A stretch of 64,000 nucleotides of DNA, from sequence record NC_041994.1. One strand, 5' to 3'. Position numbers and translations under genes: made by a program. The first letter of the stretch is position 1, and every line of letters starts with the position of its first letter. Below the pieces are notes generated by a model. It did not search any database. It saw only the letters and a list, made by a program, of their open reading frames with translations, and was not told the origin of the DNA. Below are positions 16,295-26,241 of the stretch, piece after piece.

Positions 16295-18184
16295 TTAGAG
16301 TGCTTGCCAGTTGACGGTGTCGACTTTAACCCAGCATTGCATCCGCCAGGCGTCCCGTGCTTCAGTGGCATTACCGTAGTCCCATGACCCGCCGTAGTAG
16401 GTCATGACCAGTGCGAGCGTACCGCTTGGGTAGTTCCCAATGTCGCTGTATGTAGCTGCCAGTGTGGCCGCGATGTTGGTGCCGTTGGCGCCCTGCAAGT
16501 ACACGATCTTCGTACCCTTACGGGCGTACGTGTTGATAATGGACTTGATGTTCAGGAGCATGTTGTTGCCCACGACGATCTGTTCGGCGTTGGCTTGTGC
16601 GCCCGCAGTGCTTTCATCACCAATGAACTTCGACCCGATGAAGCCAGCGATCAGGTCGCTCACGATGGTGGTGTCGCGAATACCCGAACCGGCGTTGAAG
16701 ACCCACGCCTTCACTTGGCCTGCGGAGTTCACCACACGCACTTCACGAACGTAGGACGAATAGCTACCGATACCGTCGTTCTCGATCGCAAGGTTCCACT
16801 TGCTCAGCGTACGACCAGCGACCGCAGACAGGTCGATGTTACGGGTGTACCATTTACGCCCTGCCATGAATGGGATCTCTGGTGCTGCCGGGTGCTGGGC
16901 AAAACCATTCTGGTCAACCAAGCTTGGCACAAAGCGCAAAGCATCGGCCATGTTGTTCGGACCCCACTGAGCATCCAAACCAGAGAGCACGCCCGCATCC
17001 ACGTAGATGTCGTAAATCAGTCGATCACCCGGAGCGATGTTGACCGCCGTGTAGGAGATCGGTTCGTACATGTACGAGTTGCCACCAGGTGGAATCGAAA
17101 CGCAGGAACCATTCAACTTGGCACAGAAGCCACCCGGCCATGCCGACGCTACGATGCGACGCATGTTCACGATACCCTGGGTGATCAAGCCACCATTGAG
17201 GTTCGTGCGGGTGTAGTTGTAGAGGTTGTTCCAGTCGTAGCCTTGCAGCTTATAAGTGCTGACGGCTTTGGCAGTTTTGTCCAGACGGGTACCGAGGGCT
17301 ACCTCAGCTTCGTCAATGGTCAAGGTACCGGCTTGGGCTGCCGTTACGCCATGTGGGTTGTTGGTGTTACCAATGTGTTCGTTCATATCCGCAAGAACGT
17401 TCACATCCAGCATTCGTTTGAAGCGCTGTACGGTCAGGTAACGCGATGGCGAGTTGAAACCTTTGGTCGCGGCTTCAGCGTCAGTCACCACGCCAAAGTT
17501 CTGGACGTCCGACAGACCCACTTGTGTCTTGGTAACCCGGTGTGGGTTCTTCGCCAACAAGTGTTCAGCCAGTTGTTGCATCAACAGGTCCATGCCGTCG
17601 TCGAGTACGTCCATCTTGGCATCGTACTCACTCTGGATCTGGAGATAGGTACGAGCCGAAACAGCCAGCTTGGCGATGGTGATACGGTCGATGGATTCAC
17701 AGAACCCTTCAAAGCCGTAGAGCTCCCACATGGCATGCAGGTGACCACCGACTTCAAACTCATCGGGCTTACCGTCGATATTGCGCCACGTTGGATTACG
17801 TGTTGGGTTGAGCAGGCCTGCGGCCATGTCAGCGATGGCTGGTGTTACGTCGCAGTACTTACCACCCACCATCGAGGCATTGATGAAGACCTCCTGCGTC
17901 ACGCGCGGGTTGGTGATTACAATCACCGCCGCCGCCTCGTAACCGGTATCTACCGTCGCCGCTGCCGAGATAGCCACGCATTGGAAGTCTTCGTCCTGCG
18001 TGAGCTCGAAACCGGCAGAGTCGGAGATCTCCAAATGTTCGGTGTAGAAGAAGCCGTTATTCAGCACCAAGGTCCGGTAAGTCAAACCGGCTTGGCGACT
18101 GAGGTCGTGGTACTCACGGAGTACCCGGTTGCGCGGCAGTAACCGTGTAGAGTCAAACGGCAGCGCATAAATGACAGGAGTCAT
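16295..18184 (-). CDS. Tail fibre/baseplate protein, gp131-135 family, with an inserted jelly-roll/CBM-like domain
   Basis: Start MTPVIYALPFD; NPHRVTKTQVGL and NPHGVTAAQ repeats; about 150-aa insert absent from the neighbouring paralogues. Confidence 0.8.
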   Translation of the reverse strand: MTPVIYALPFDSTRLLPRNRVLREYHDLSRQAGLTYRTLVLNNGFFYTEHLEISDSAGFELTQDEDFQCVAISAAATVDTGYEAAAVIVITNPRVTQEVFINASMVGGKYCDVTPAIADMAAGLLNPTRNPTWRNIDGKPDEFEVGGHLHAMWELYGFEGFCESIDRITIAKLAVSARTYLQIQSEYDAKMDVLDDGMDLLMQQLAEHLLAKNPHRVTKTQVGLSDVQNFGVVTDAEAATKGFNSPSRYLTVQRFKRMLDVNVLADMNEHIGNTNNPHGVTAAQAGTLTIDEAEVALGTRLDKTAKAVSTYKLQGYDWNNLYNYTRTNLNGGLITQGIVNMRRIVASAWPGGFCAKLNGSCVSIPPGGNSYMYEPISYTAVNIAPGDRLIYDIYVDAGVLSGLDAQWGPNNMADALRFVPSLVDQNGFAQHPAAPEIPFMAGRKWYTRNIDLSAVAGRTLSKWNLAIENDGIGSYSSYVREVRVVNSAGQVKAWVFNAGSGIRDTTIVSDLIAGFIGSKFIGDESTAGAQANAEQIVVGNNMLLNIKSIINTYARKGTKIVYLQGANGTNIAATLAATYSDIGNYPSGTLALVMTYYGGSWDYGNATEARDAWRMQCWVKVDTVNWQAL

Positions 18185-18195
18185 GGAAATACCTT

Positions 18196-19575
18196 TTAGC
18201 CGAGGACGAACCAACCACCGCCACTACGGAAAGCAGCGCGGAACGGACTGAATGCGTGAGGGTCCCAACCACCGTTACCGTAGGAGTGGGTTTCCACGAT
18301 GTTCACCTGGAAGATGACAACCGTACCCACCGGGTACGCATTGATGTCCTGAAAGGTCGCAGAGATGTTCTGAATCGCGGTGTTTTGGTTACCTTGGTTA
18401 CCCGCCCAATAAAGGTCGGTACCACCCGCAGCGGTATAGCGATCAAACAACGAACGGAACTCAGCCCACACACCCGTACCCAACAGCACCGAGGTTGGCG
18501 TTGGGTTACCGATACCCATACGCGCTGGGTTAACCTGACCGACTGTGAACGACGAAGCGTCCAGCTCAGTACGCAGCTCGTTATAGAGCTGGATCTGGTT
18601 CATGTTACGGATAGGTGTTGGTTGAGCGCGTGTAGCACCCATAAAGCCCAAGGCGTCCACCGCCGTTCCATCGATCGGCAACTTCGTGTCGGCACGAGCG
18701 TCGAACTGTGTCTTGGTGTACGTCTTAAGCTGTGCCGCCGTAGGGGAGTGTGTGGTGTAACGTGCGTTGAGGTGCGCGTTCAGTGGAATCTCACCGAACT
18801 GGTTGATCATGCCGTACACCCCACTCTGCGTGAGGTAATGCACAGCACTGGTACCAGCTCGCGCCGTGGCGTCATCCGCCGTGGCATAGTTTTCCACCAA
18901 CGGGAGGAGGATGTCGGCTTTATCGACATTGTGCGGATTGGTCTGGTCGTTGATGTGAGTCAAGACCTGACCTTGGAAGCGCGCCATGAAGTTGTTGAAG
19001 CGCGTCTTGATGTCCAATCGGACTTCGTCTTCTACTTCACCGTTACCTGAGGTGATAGCCGCTGTGAGGCGTTCAATGGACGCATTGAGGTTACCGTAGT
19101 GGTGACGCTCCCAACGTTCCTCCTGAAGCTCTCCAGGCTGCCACTGAGGCTCATCACCGATGTACGCGGCCCATCCTGGCTTAACGCCGTTGGCCAAGGT
19201 ACCGAGATAGGCAATAGTGTCGTCTTCTACCGTCAGGCTGAACGCGAAGTCAGCACCCACCAGTTGGCCACCCAGCAGCACAAAGTCTGCAACAGCGGCA
19301 TTGAGGATCACCACCGCACTACAGATCTCCATGCCGGTGTAGGCACTGGCGTCAGCGTGCTTGTAGGTAGCGATGTAGTCGATGTCCTTGCGGAGCATCT
19401 TGTACGTCTTGTCATAAACTTTGAGACTCGGGGAGTAGAAACCACCCTGAGAGAACGAAACAACTCGGTATGGCGTGTTACCGCGCGATAGCAGCAGCTG
19501 TTTCTCCCCCGCGACCAAGTTGGTCGGGCTGCGACCCGTCAGGTCCAACGGGTACTTGGAGATTAGACTGGGCAT
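18196..19575 (-). CDS. Tail fibre/baseplate protein, gp131-135 family
   Basis: Start MPSLISKYPLDLTGRSPTNLVAGE; NPHNVDK repeat; C-terminal YPVGT. Confidence 0.8.
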   Translation of the reverse strand: MPSLISKYPLDLTGRSPTNLVAGEKQLLLSRGNTPYRVVSFSQGGFYSPSLKVYDKTYKMLRKDIDYIATYKHADASAYTGMEICSAVVILNAAVADFVLLGGQLVGADFAFSLTVEDDTIAYLGTLANGVKPGWAAYIGDEPQWQPGELQEERWERHHYGNLNASIERLTAAITSGNGEVEDEVRLDIKTRFNNFMARFQGQVLTHINDQTNPHNVDKADILLPLVENYATADDATARAGTSAVHYLTQSGVYGMINQFGEIPLNAHLNARYTTHSPTAAQLKTYTKTQFDARADTKLPIDGTAVDALGFMGATRAQPTPIRNMNQIQLYNELRTELDASSFTVGQVNPARMGIGNPTPTSVLLGTGVWAEFRSLFDRYTAAGGTDLYWAGNQGNQNTAIQNISATFQDINAYPVGTVVIFQVNIVETHSYGNGGWDPHAFSPFRAAFRSGGGWFVLG

Positions 19576-19651
19576 CTTGGACTCCGCTGATAATCGAAAA
19601 TAAAGAGAGTAGACATGGCGCCAAAGCAACCATGTCTACTCTGGCTAAGGC

Positions 19652-19972
19652 TTAGCTATCGAGATCGGCAATCGTCGCATCAAACAATGTGATCAGCGGG
19701 TCGTAAATTGCCGACGTCGCGTAATCATCAGTCCGGCGCGGTGACATGACCGTGTTGTTATTGAGGCCAGCGGCCGCCTGTTCAGGCGTAGCCGGCGCTT
19801 GGTTCTGTACCTTGCTCAACCCCACGTCGAACTTGTCCACCCGGTGTGGGTTAGACACGTTGGTGACGTGGTCTTTGAGGGTGGTGACCAGGAACTCAAA
19901 CTTTGTCTTGGTCGTCGCGTAATACGAGGTCATCGAAGCCAACAGCGACGTCAAGGCGTTAGACATACTCAT
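19652..19972 (-). CDS. Small fibre-family protein (gp132-like)
   Basis: 106 aa; HVTNVSNPHRVDKFDVGLSKVQN and MSPRRT, the same repeat as in the neighbours. Confidence 0.75.
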   Translation of the reverse strand: MSMSNALTSLLASMTSYYATTKTKFEFLVTTLKDHVTNVSNPHRVDKFDVGLSKVQNQAPATPEQAAAGLNNNTVMSPRRTDDYATSAIYDPLITLFDATIADLDS

Positions 19973-22088
19973 ACATCACCTCCTCATTCCACAGCAGAGC
20001 ATTCTGAGACGTGGAGCCCCAGTACTCTACAAACCCACGCTGGTCGATGAAAACCGTGTAGCCTTTACCACAGCCAACGTCACCGACAGGGAAGTCGACT
20101 TCGTTTTCACAGGCCGACAGGGTGCCATACCACACCACCTTGCCGTCATCGTACAGAATGGCACTGTGGCCGTAAGAACCACTGATGCCCGTTGGGTTGG
20201 TTTTGGTGGTGGCCACTTCAGTCAACACCACACCCGCGGTACGGTTGATGGTGTAAACTTTGACGGTGTTCGGGTTGTTACCAACCTGTTCACCAAACAA
20301 AGCGATGACGTGGGTGTCACTGATCACCAGATCGAGCAGGGTGCTGGCAATCCCAGCGGTGGTCCATGCCGTGATCAACGCGTTGAAGGCCGTGACGAAT
20401 GCCGCCAAGCCGTAAGCGTAGATGGTACCGTCGGTGTCTTTGAACACCACCATCTCACCCGCTTGTGCGTTCTCCAAGTTCGACCAGACGTCATCACACG
20501 CCGAGTTCAGCGTGGTGGCGTTAGCCGCACCGGTAGAACGGATCAGACGACCGTCGATGGTCTGCATGTAGATCGCTGTCTTGGTGCAGAGCACCTTGAG
20601 CATCGCGTTGGATGGAATGAAGCTACCACCTGTAGCGTACGACGTGTGCGGAGTGAGTGGACCCGCCACGTTATGTTTGGTAAGCGACCCATCGTTTGCG
20701 ATGGCCAAGACGTTGTTGTTGAAGATCACTTGACCCGCAGCACCGTTATTCACGAGCGGTGGGTAAGTCAACGACGGCAGTGCCTTGAGATGAGCCGCAC
20801 CGAACGCACCGACCACAGCGTAGCCGGCATCGCCAGCATACACTTCAACCGGAGTGATCGCATTGCGGTTGGTGTTCAGAGTAGCGACTTCGTTTTCATA
20901 AGTCGAACCCACAGCACCGATCTGGGTGTTACCCGTGGCCACACCTGTCGCTTGTTGCGTCAGGATGTCTTCCATCTCGGTTTCTTCTACGACCAAGTCC
21001 ATGAACTGGTCGAAGTTGTAGCCATTGAAACGGATCGCATCGCCCGAACCACTGGAGGTGATCAACTCCTGGATCTGCGACGTGGTCAGCGTACCGACCT
21101 GTGCCGCAGTGACGTTGTGCGGGTTATCACGACGAGCGATGAACGTTTGCAGCTGGAGTTCCAGCGAGTCCAGACGGTCAGTCGGCATGTACGCCTGAAT
21201 CATCAGGGCAGTGCCGTACGGCGACATCAGGGCGGCGTTGTTCAACGGGTCAGTCGATTGTGCAGCGTTAGCCAGTGGCAGGTTAGGCGTCAGTGCCAGA
21301 CCTACTTGGGCTTTGTTGACTTCGTGTGGATTGTCTTTGTCGTTGAGGTGAGAGATCAACGGCGTCAACGCGAAGTTGTTGATCGCGTGGTACGTGGTCT
21401 GTGGCGTCATGTAACCGCCAGCAAACGTGGTCTGCAAAGCTTGAGCCAGCGACGCCAACGGCAAGTTCACAACCGAACCCAACCCTACCTGTGCTTTGGT
21501 AACGTCGTGCGGGTTGTTCTTGTTATCGATGTGCGATTGGCTGGAACCTGCTGCCGCTGCTTCAACCGCTTCGGCAATGCCGGTGATTGCAGCTTCGATC
21601 TCAGGGCTACCGATCAGTTGGTCAACAGCCTGATCGTGGTCGATGGTGGGGAATCGAGCCGGCAAGCCGTCGATCTGTTCCCACGAACGGCGAATCGGGT
21701 TGAGCTGTTTGTTAGACAGTTCAGCCAAGATCGCTTGGGCACTGAAGCCCCACTGACCGCCGACCGTGTGGTACTGAAGGCGCATGTTGCCGACGATCGA
21801 CTTCTTGAGGATTCGGATCGAACCCGCAATCGGACGCTTGAGCGACTTCATTGCATCGACGAAGTAGTGACCGATAACGAAGTCAGTGCCTTCGACGTAC
21901 GGCGCCCCTGTGGCATGGTTGAACAGCTTCAGGGTTTCAACGTAATACGGCGCTGCGTGTGGAATGATGAAGTAGTAGTCGTCCAGACCGGGTGTTTGAA
22001 GAGTCTGGACCTCGTTGGTGATCAGGTTGCTCGGATTCGAGCAATAAAGGTCCTCATCGTAAAGACCGGTACTTGCGTGGCTGGCCAT
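19959..22088 (-). CDS. Tail tip/baseplate protein, phiKZ gp131-like (C-terminal propeller-like domain)
   Basis: Start MASHAST with GGAG RBS; three NPHxV repeats; C-terminal short beta-strand repeats (GYAVV, VLAIANDG, IYAYG, VVWYG, VEYWG). Confidence 0.78.
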   Translation of the reverse strand: MASHASTGLYDEDLYCSNPSNLITNEVQTLQTPGLDDYYFIIPHAAPYYVETLKLFNHATGAPYVEGTDFVIGHYFVDAMKSLKRPIAGSIRILKKSIVGNMRLQYHTVGGQWGFSAQAILAELSNKQLNPIRRSWEQIDGLPARFPTIDHDQAVDQLIGSPEIEAAITGIAEAVEAAAAGSSQSHIDNKNNPHDVTKAQVGLGSVVNLPLASLAQALQTTFAGGYMTPQTTYHAINNFALTPLISHLNDKDNPHEVNKAQVGLALTPNLPLANAAQSTDPLNNAALMSPYGTALMIQAYMPTDRLDSLELQLQTFIARRDNPHNVTAAQVGTLTTSQIQELITSSGSGDAIRFNGYNFDQFMDLVVEETEMEDILTQQATGVATGNTQIGAVGSTYENEVATLNTNRNAITPVEVYAGDAGYAVVGAFGAAHLKALPSLTYPPLVNNGAAGQVIFNNNVLAIANDGSLTKHNVAGPLTPHTSYATGGSFIPSNAMLKVLCTKTAIYMQTIDGRLIRSTGAANATTLNSACDDVWSNLENAQAGEMVVFKDTDGTIYAYGLAAFVTAFNALITAWTTAGIASTLLDLVISDTHVIALFGEQVGNNPNTVKVYTINRTAGVVLTEVATTKTNPTGISGSYGHSAILYDDGKVVWYGTLSACENEVDFPVGDVGCGKGYTVFIDQRGFVEYWGSTSQNALLWNEEVMYEYV

Positions 22089-22201
22089 GGGGGTCTCCTG
22101 CGTGACGACAACCCTTTCGTGAAAAATATGAGCACATAGAATTGTCGGCCAAATGATGCAACTATAATAATGATGTGGACATTTTAACGAGGGAACACCC
22201 C

Positions 22202-23446
22202 ATGTACCAATTAGTGCGTGCACGCTATCGCAAAGATCGCCGTGCTGGCCGTTGGGTCGAAGCCGATCTGAGTAATGCGCTGGTGTCCACCCTGGCCACG
22301 GTTTATGGTGAGGTGATGCTCTACATTACCTACGCCGGATTCCCCGGGCAGAAAGCACTGCGCTTTGACAAGACCATGAATTTCCGTCGTGGGATTGATA
22401 CATCCCTGACTGTGCAGGCTTGGTTGACCAGCGTGGGCAACACCACACTCCCATGGGAAACCACCCTGCCGAATGAGACCGTACGTTTGGTTGAATACGG
22501 TCATGCGTGGCACATGGGTTACGATATTCAAACCCGAGGCCGTCACACCAACATCGAGACCCTGACCAGTGCGTTTGTGCAGGAAGACTTGATGTTGACT
22601 CACCCCAAGTTCGACCCGCAGTACATCGACGAACACTGCCTGTTCACCGTGAACGGGTTTGTGCATTTGTCCGACTGGGGTACCGACGGCGTACGCATCG
22701 TGGACGGTAACTCCACCGTGCGTAAATCCAACGACAATCAGGTCGGTCTGATCAGCTTTGAAAACATCGGCAAGATCCGCAAGGTGCCGATCACCGAAGC
22801 CATGCTCTCCAAGCAGAACGAAAACACGCCGTACTACCAAACCACCTACGTGACCATGCCTGACGATGTCGACATGGAAAACAAGACGGTGTTGTTGGTA
22901 CTCGGTGGCTACCTGCATCCGTTCAGCAAGTCTTACGTGCGAGTCTCGGACCGTGCATGGCGTATCGAACTTCAGAACATCTTGTTCCTGGAGCGCTACA
23001 TCGAATCGGTCAAGGGTATGAACATGGACCAACTCGGTCTGTCGGATGACCCAGAGAACCGTACACTGTTCTCCGTGGAAGAGATGCAACGTGACTCGGC
23101 CATGCTGGGTTACCTCACCATGAGCCAAAGCTTCTTTGTGGTGATCGACGCACCGAGCATGTTCCACGAACTCGAACCACTGGAGTACGCAGGCTTCCCA
23201 GGTCGTTACTTGAACCGTGACGGTCGTCAGTTGCCAGTGGTCGGTGCGTATGGCCGTACCCTCGACTATCACACCATCCACGAACACGGCTACTACGTGT
23301 ACGTCTGCACCAACAACTTCCGCTTCGACTACTCGGCTAACTTCAGTAACTGGACGCGAGATCGTTTGGTGAACGGTGGCCTGTATCCGCACACACCACG
23401 CCGACCGGCTCAGGCTTACCTGCGCATCCTCGGCACCGACGCCTGA
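22202..23446 (+). CDS. Virion structural protein (phiKZ gp130-like)
   Basis: 414 aa from MYQLVRARY, divergent from the gp131-like gene; LFTVNGFVH, NQVGLISF, SQSFFVVID motifs. Confidence 0.7.
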   Translation: MYQLVRARYRKDRRAGRWVEADLSNALVSTLATVYGEVMLYITYAGFPGQKALRFDKTMNFRRGIDTSLTVQAWLTSVGNTTLPWETTLPNETVRLVEYGHAWHMGYDIQTRGRHTNIETLTSAFVQEDLMLTHPKFDPQYIDEHCLFTVNGFVHLSDWGTDGVRIVDGNSTVRKSNDNQVGLISFENIGKIRKVPITEAMLSKQNENTPYYQTTYVTMPDDVDMENKTVLLVLGGYLHPFSKSYVRVSDRAWRIELQNILFLERYIESVKGMNMDQLGLSDDPENRTLFSVEEMQRDSAMLGYLTMSQSFFVVIDAPSMFHELEPLEYAGFPGRYLNRDGRQLPVVGAYGRTLDYHTIHEHGYYVYVCTNNFRFDYSANFSNWTRDRLVNGGLYPHTPRRPAQAYLRILGTDA

Positions 23447-23485
23447 CGGCATAAAGCCCCTCCCGTTGGGGAGGGGCCTATGTCC
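23446..23485. terminator. Bidirectional hairpin element between convergent genes
   Basis: ACGGCATAAA-GCCCCTCCC-GTTG-GGGAGGGGC-CTATGTCC. Confidence 0.75.
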
Positions 23486-23488
23486 GGG

Positions 23489-24190
23489 TCACACAGGACG
23501 GAAGATCGAGAAGCATGCCGCATCGATGAAGTGCATGTTCATATATTCCATCATGTAAAGTCGGAACTGTGCAACCTCATCCTTCTTGTCTTCAACCGAC
23601 ATCTTGGTGACGTCGTGTTCAAAGAGACGTGGGACGATGAGGTTAAAGCCTTGGGTACGCTTCAGCACAAGGTTCGACAACTGGAGTTTGATCCAGCTGT
23701 TAAAGTCGTACATGAACGCCATGGCGTAATTGTCGGTGAGGAACTTAGGCGTAACCGATTCAGGTTTACGCGACATGAACGTGATGCGCGGTTCAAACTT
23801 CAGACGGTAATGGAACAGACCGATGAACATGTCCATTTCCAGATCGTCGAAAGTGTACGGCCACAAGTTCACTTCAATAGCGATCTCACTGTTAGGCCGA
23901 CCGTCGTTCATGGCGATTTCATTCTCGCCAATCATCTTGATCAGTACGGTGAAGATGTTCGTCATCACCGAAGCCTGTAAGGTCACGTTGTTGCGCTTGG
24001 CGTAACGCTCGTTGAACGTGGCGGTGTTGATCTTACCGCCGGTGAGCTTGTCCCAATGGTCAGACTCACGGAACCAATACGCATCGTCCTTCAACAGCGC
24101 TGTAGCGACGGCTGGGTAAATAGCCGAGATCGTCGCCATGCGCGTATCGAAGATCGAATCGAGGTCAATGTAAATCCTGGACAGTTTCAT
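23489..24190 (-). CDS. Hypothetical protein with HAD-like DxD motif
   Basis: RIYIDLDSIFDTR at the N-terminus; ATGA overlap with the upstream gene. Confidence 0.6.
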   Translation of the reverse strand: MKLSRIYIDLDSIFDTRMATISAIYPAVATALLKDDAYWFRESDHWDKLTGGKINTATFNERYAKRNNVTLQASVMTNIFTVLIKMIGENEIAMNDGRPNSEIAIEVNLWPYTFDDLEMDMFIGLFHYRLKFEPRITFMSRKPESVTPKFLTDNYAMAFMYDFNSWIKLQLSNLVLKRTQGFNLIVPRLFEHDVTKMSVEDKKDEVAQFRLYMMEYMNMHFIDAACFSIFRPV

Positions 24191-24651
24191 CAGCGCTCCA
24201 CGATGGTCCACAGATCACGGAACAGTAGTACCGACAACAAGCCAACCATACCGGGCGCCATGATCGTACTGAAGCCGGTCACTGGATTCGTGGTTTTCTT
24301 AAAGTCGTCGTCCACAACACCGTTGGCGTATGGTTCCAACACCAACATACTGTCCATCGCCGCGATGAACTCAGCACGTAGACCCTCCATCGACATCAGG
24401 GCCAAGCACATGCGTTCGAACTTCATCATGATGACGTGGAACTCAACGTCGCTACGCATCTTCTCCCAAAGCCCGGTTCGCAACATCGCTTCGGAAGCCA
24501 TGAACCAGTTGTGATTCGCCGCAATGGCATCGGTGTTTTCAACCACCGCAGCGATCAACTTCTTGGTCGAGTCTGGCGTGAACGAACGCAGGAAGTTCTG
24601 GAGTGCAAGCGCGTAATGCTTGCGGATAATATCTACACGGGTAATTTCCAT
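24190..24651 (-). CDS. Hypothetical protein
   Basis: 153 aa; hydrophobic C-terminus; coupled to both neighbours. Confidence 0.6.
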   Translation of the reverse strand: MEITRVDIIRKHYALALQNFLRSFTPDSTKKLIAAVVENTDAIAANHNWFMASEAMLRTGLWEKMRSDVEFHVIMMKFERMCLALMSMEGLRAEFIAAMDSMLVLEPYANGVVDDDFKKTTNPVTGFSTIMAPGMVGLLSVLLFRDLWTIVER

Positions 24652-24660
24652 GACGGACCC

Positions 24661-25329
24661 TTACAGGTTGTTTTGAATGTGCATGGCCTTGAGGATCACC
24701 CGGAGCGACTCCGTAGCCTTAACTGCCGATGGGATAGTCGCCATGATCTGATCCAGCGATACACTGCCGGTTTCGAAGATGGCTTTGTTCATAGCCGCGT
24801 AAGCCTTGGCATCACCTGCCCGGAACTTAACCAGCTCCAGCAGCATCTTATCCAGACCTTTAGACAGGTTAACCTGGATCTCAGGGTAAGACATACGGGA
24901 GCCTTTCGACACGCCCGTAGCTTGACCGGTGAGTTGGTCAACCACGTCATCGGACTCAGGGACCGACATCTTCGAGTCACGTGTCTGCGCTTGGCGACGG
25001 AACGGTACCAGACCCACCATGAATTTCCCGGGGGTCTTACGGATCATACCGGTGTCCTGATCGGTGAGATACAGGTGTTGGAACAGTGGGTAGCCGAGTT
25101 CCTCTGCCGCTTCGATATTGCGGGTGAGGTCCAGCTTCATTTCCTGTAGGTTCGGATGGAACAAGGCCAGGATCTCTTCGCCCTCAGCCAGTTTATCCAT
25201 CCATTCATCGAACTGTTCGTCGCTGGTGCGTGCAAACAGATCCTTGTAAATCTTGACGTTCTCACCGTTCGGCAGTATCCGTTCGATGAAGTAAAGCAGT
25301 TCTGCTTCCGCGAGTGCTCGCATGGACAT
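24661..25329 (-). CDS. Virion RNA polymerase beta subunit, C-terminal part (phiKZ gp149-like)
   Basis: RRQAQ..DSKMS....VDQLTGQ...SKGSRMSYPE...LELVKFRAGD, equivalent to the RpoB C-terminal switch/clamp region. Confidence 0.85.
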   Translation of the reverse strand: MSMRALAEAELLYFIERILPNGENVKIYKDLFARTSDEQFDEWMDKLAEGEEILALFHPNLQEMKLDLTRNIEAAEELGYPLFQHLYLTDQDTGMIRKTPGKFMVGLVPFRRQAQTRDSKMSVPESDDVVDQLTGQATGVSKGSRMSYPEIQVNLSKGLDKMLLELVKFRAGDAKAYAAMNKAIFETGSVSLDQIMATIPSAVKATESLRVILKAMHIQNNL

Positions 25330-25389
25330 GATAAGCCCCAGTGAAAATGGATCAACATACTATTCCTTTTCCAGTTGTCCTTTACGCCA

Positions 25390-25430
25390 GACGGCATAAA
25401 GGAAGGCACCACCGGTACCTTCCTTTATGG
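25390..25430 (-). terminator. Hairpin element
   Basis: ACGGCATAAAGGAAGG...CCTTCCTTTATG. Confidence 0.7.
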
Positions 25431-25456
25431 GGGACATGTGACCACAGGGTAACCCA

Positions 25457-25816
25457 TCAGTGGGCTGCCGCTACCTGACCGAACGACCGCTGCGCCAGTG
25501 TTTGCAAGTCGCTGTAATACGAGCTAACGCGCAACGTGGTGTTTTGCGGGAAACGATTCAGCATCAGGAACGGAAGGATGTTGCTCAAGAACGATTGTGC
25601 CCACACCGAGAAGTCTTGTGTGTCCACCAGGTTCAAGCGCAGGCTGAAGGTATCAGCCGAGTATTGTGCCATCAGTTGGTGGAAGAAAGCATTCAGCTCA
25701 CGAATGCTACGGATGTCACGGGGGCAACGGTGATAAAAGTCTTCTGCCAGTTCGACGTCTCGTGCGCGAATCAGGTAGTAGGCTTGTGCGACCACACTGG
25801 TCTTGATGTTCGACAT
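25457..25816 (-). CDS. Hypothetical protein
   Basis: Start MSNIKTS with GAGG RBS; 119 aa. Confidence 0.6.
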   Translation of the reverse strand: MSNIKTSVVAQAYYLIRARDVELAEDFYHRCPRDIRSIRELNAFFHQLMAQYSADTFSLRLNLVDTQDFSVWAQSFLSNILPFLMLNRFPQNTTLRVSSYYSDLQTLAQRSFGQVAAAH

Positions 25817-25883
25817 ACGGGTTTTCCTCGAATAAATTGCAAACGGGTGCATCGTGCCATGCTCAATCCCTTTTGTGTTATGA

Positions 25884-26240
25884 TTACTTGCTGATCTCAG
25901 CAATGTGTTTGACAGATGTTAATCGACCTAGGTACTCCGCGAGCAATAGTCTGTGACAGAACTTACCCCGCGAACAATAGCACCCAATAGCCACTTTTGG
26001 TTGACGTAATAAAGCCGCCCAGAACTCTGGGTACACCCGACGGCTATAGTCCAGTATGCGATGGTACAGACGGGTATATTTTTCCTCGGTGATCCGACCC
26101 TCTTTAATTGCGATCACCATGTCCCATGTCGGCGCTAGTTGTTTGATGCCACTCTTCACCGTCGTATCAATCACTAAGGCGTCAGGCACCAATTTCTTAA
26201 CTAAACGCCATTGTGCGATTTGGTAGGTATAGACTTCCAC
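25884..26240 (-). CDS. DUF488-like protein
   Basis: LAPTWDMV..K.G....KYTRLY...W..L...VAIGCYC....CHRLLLAEYL, characteristic of DUF488. GTG start. Confidence 0.7.
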   Translation of the reverse strand: MEVYTYQIAQWRLVKKLVPDALVIDTTVKSGIKQLAPTWDMVIAIKEGRITEEKYTRLYHRILDYSRRVYPEFWAALLRQPKVAIGCYCSRGKFCHRLLLAEYLGRLTSVKHIAEISK

Positions 26241-26241
26241 A

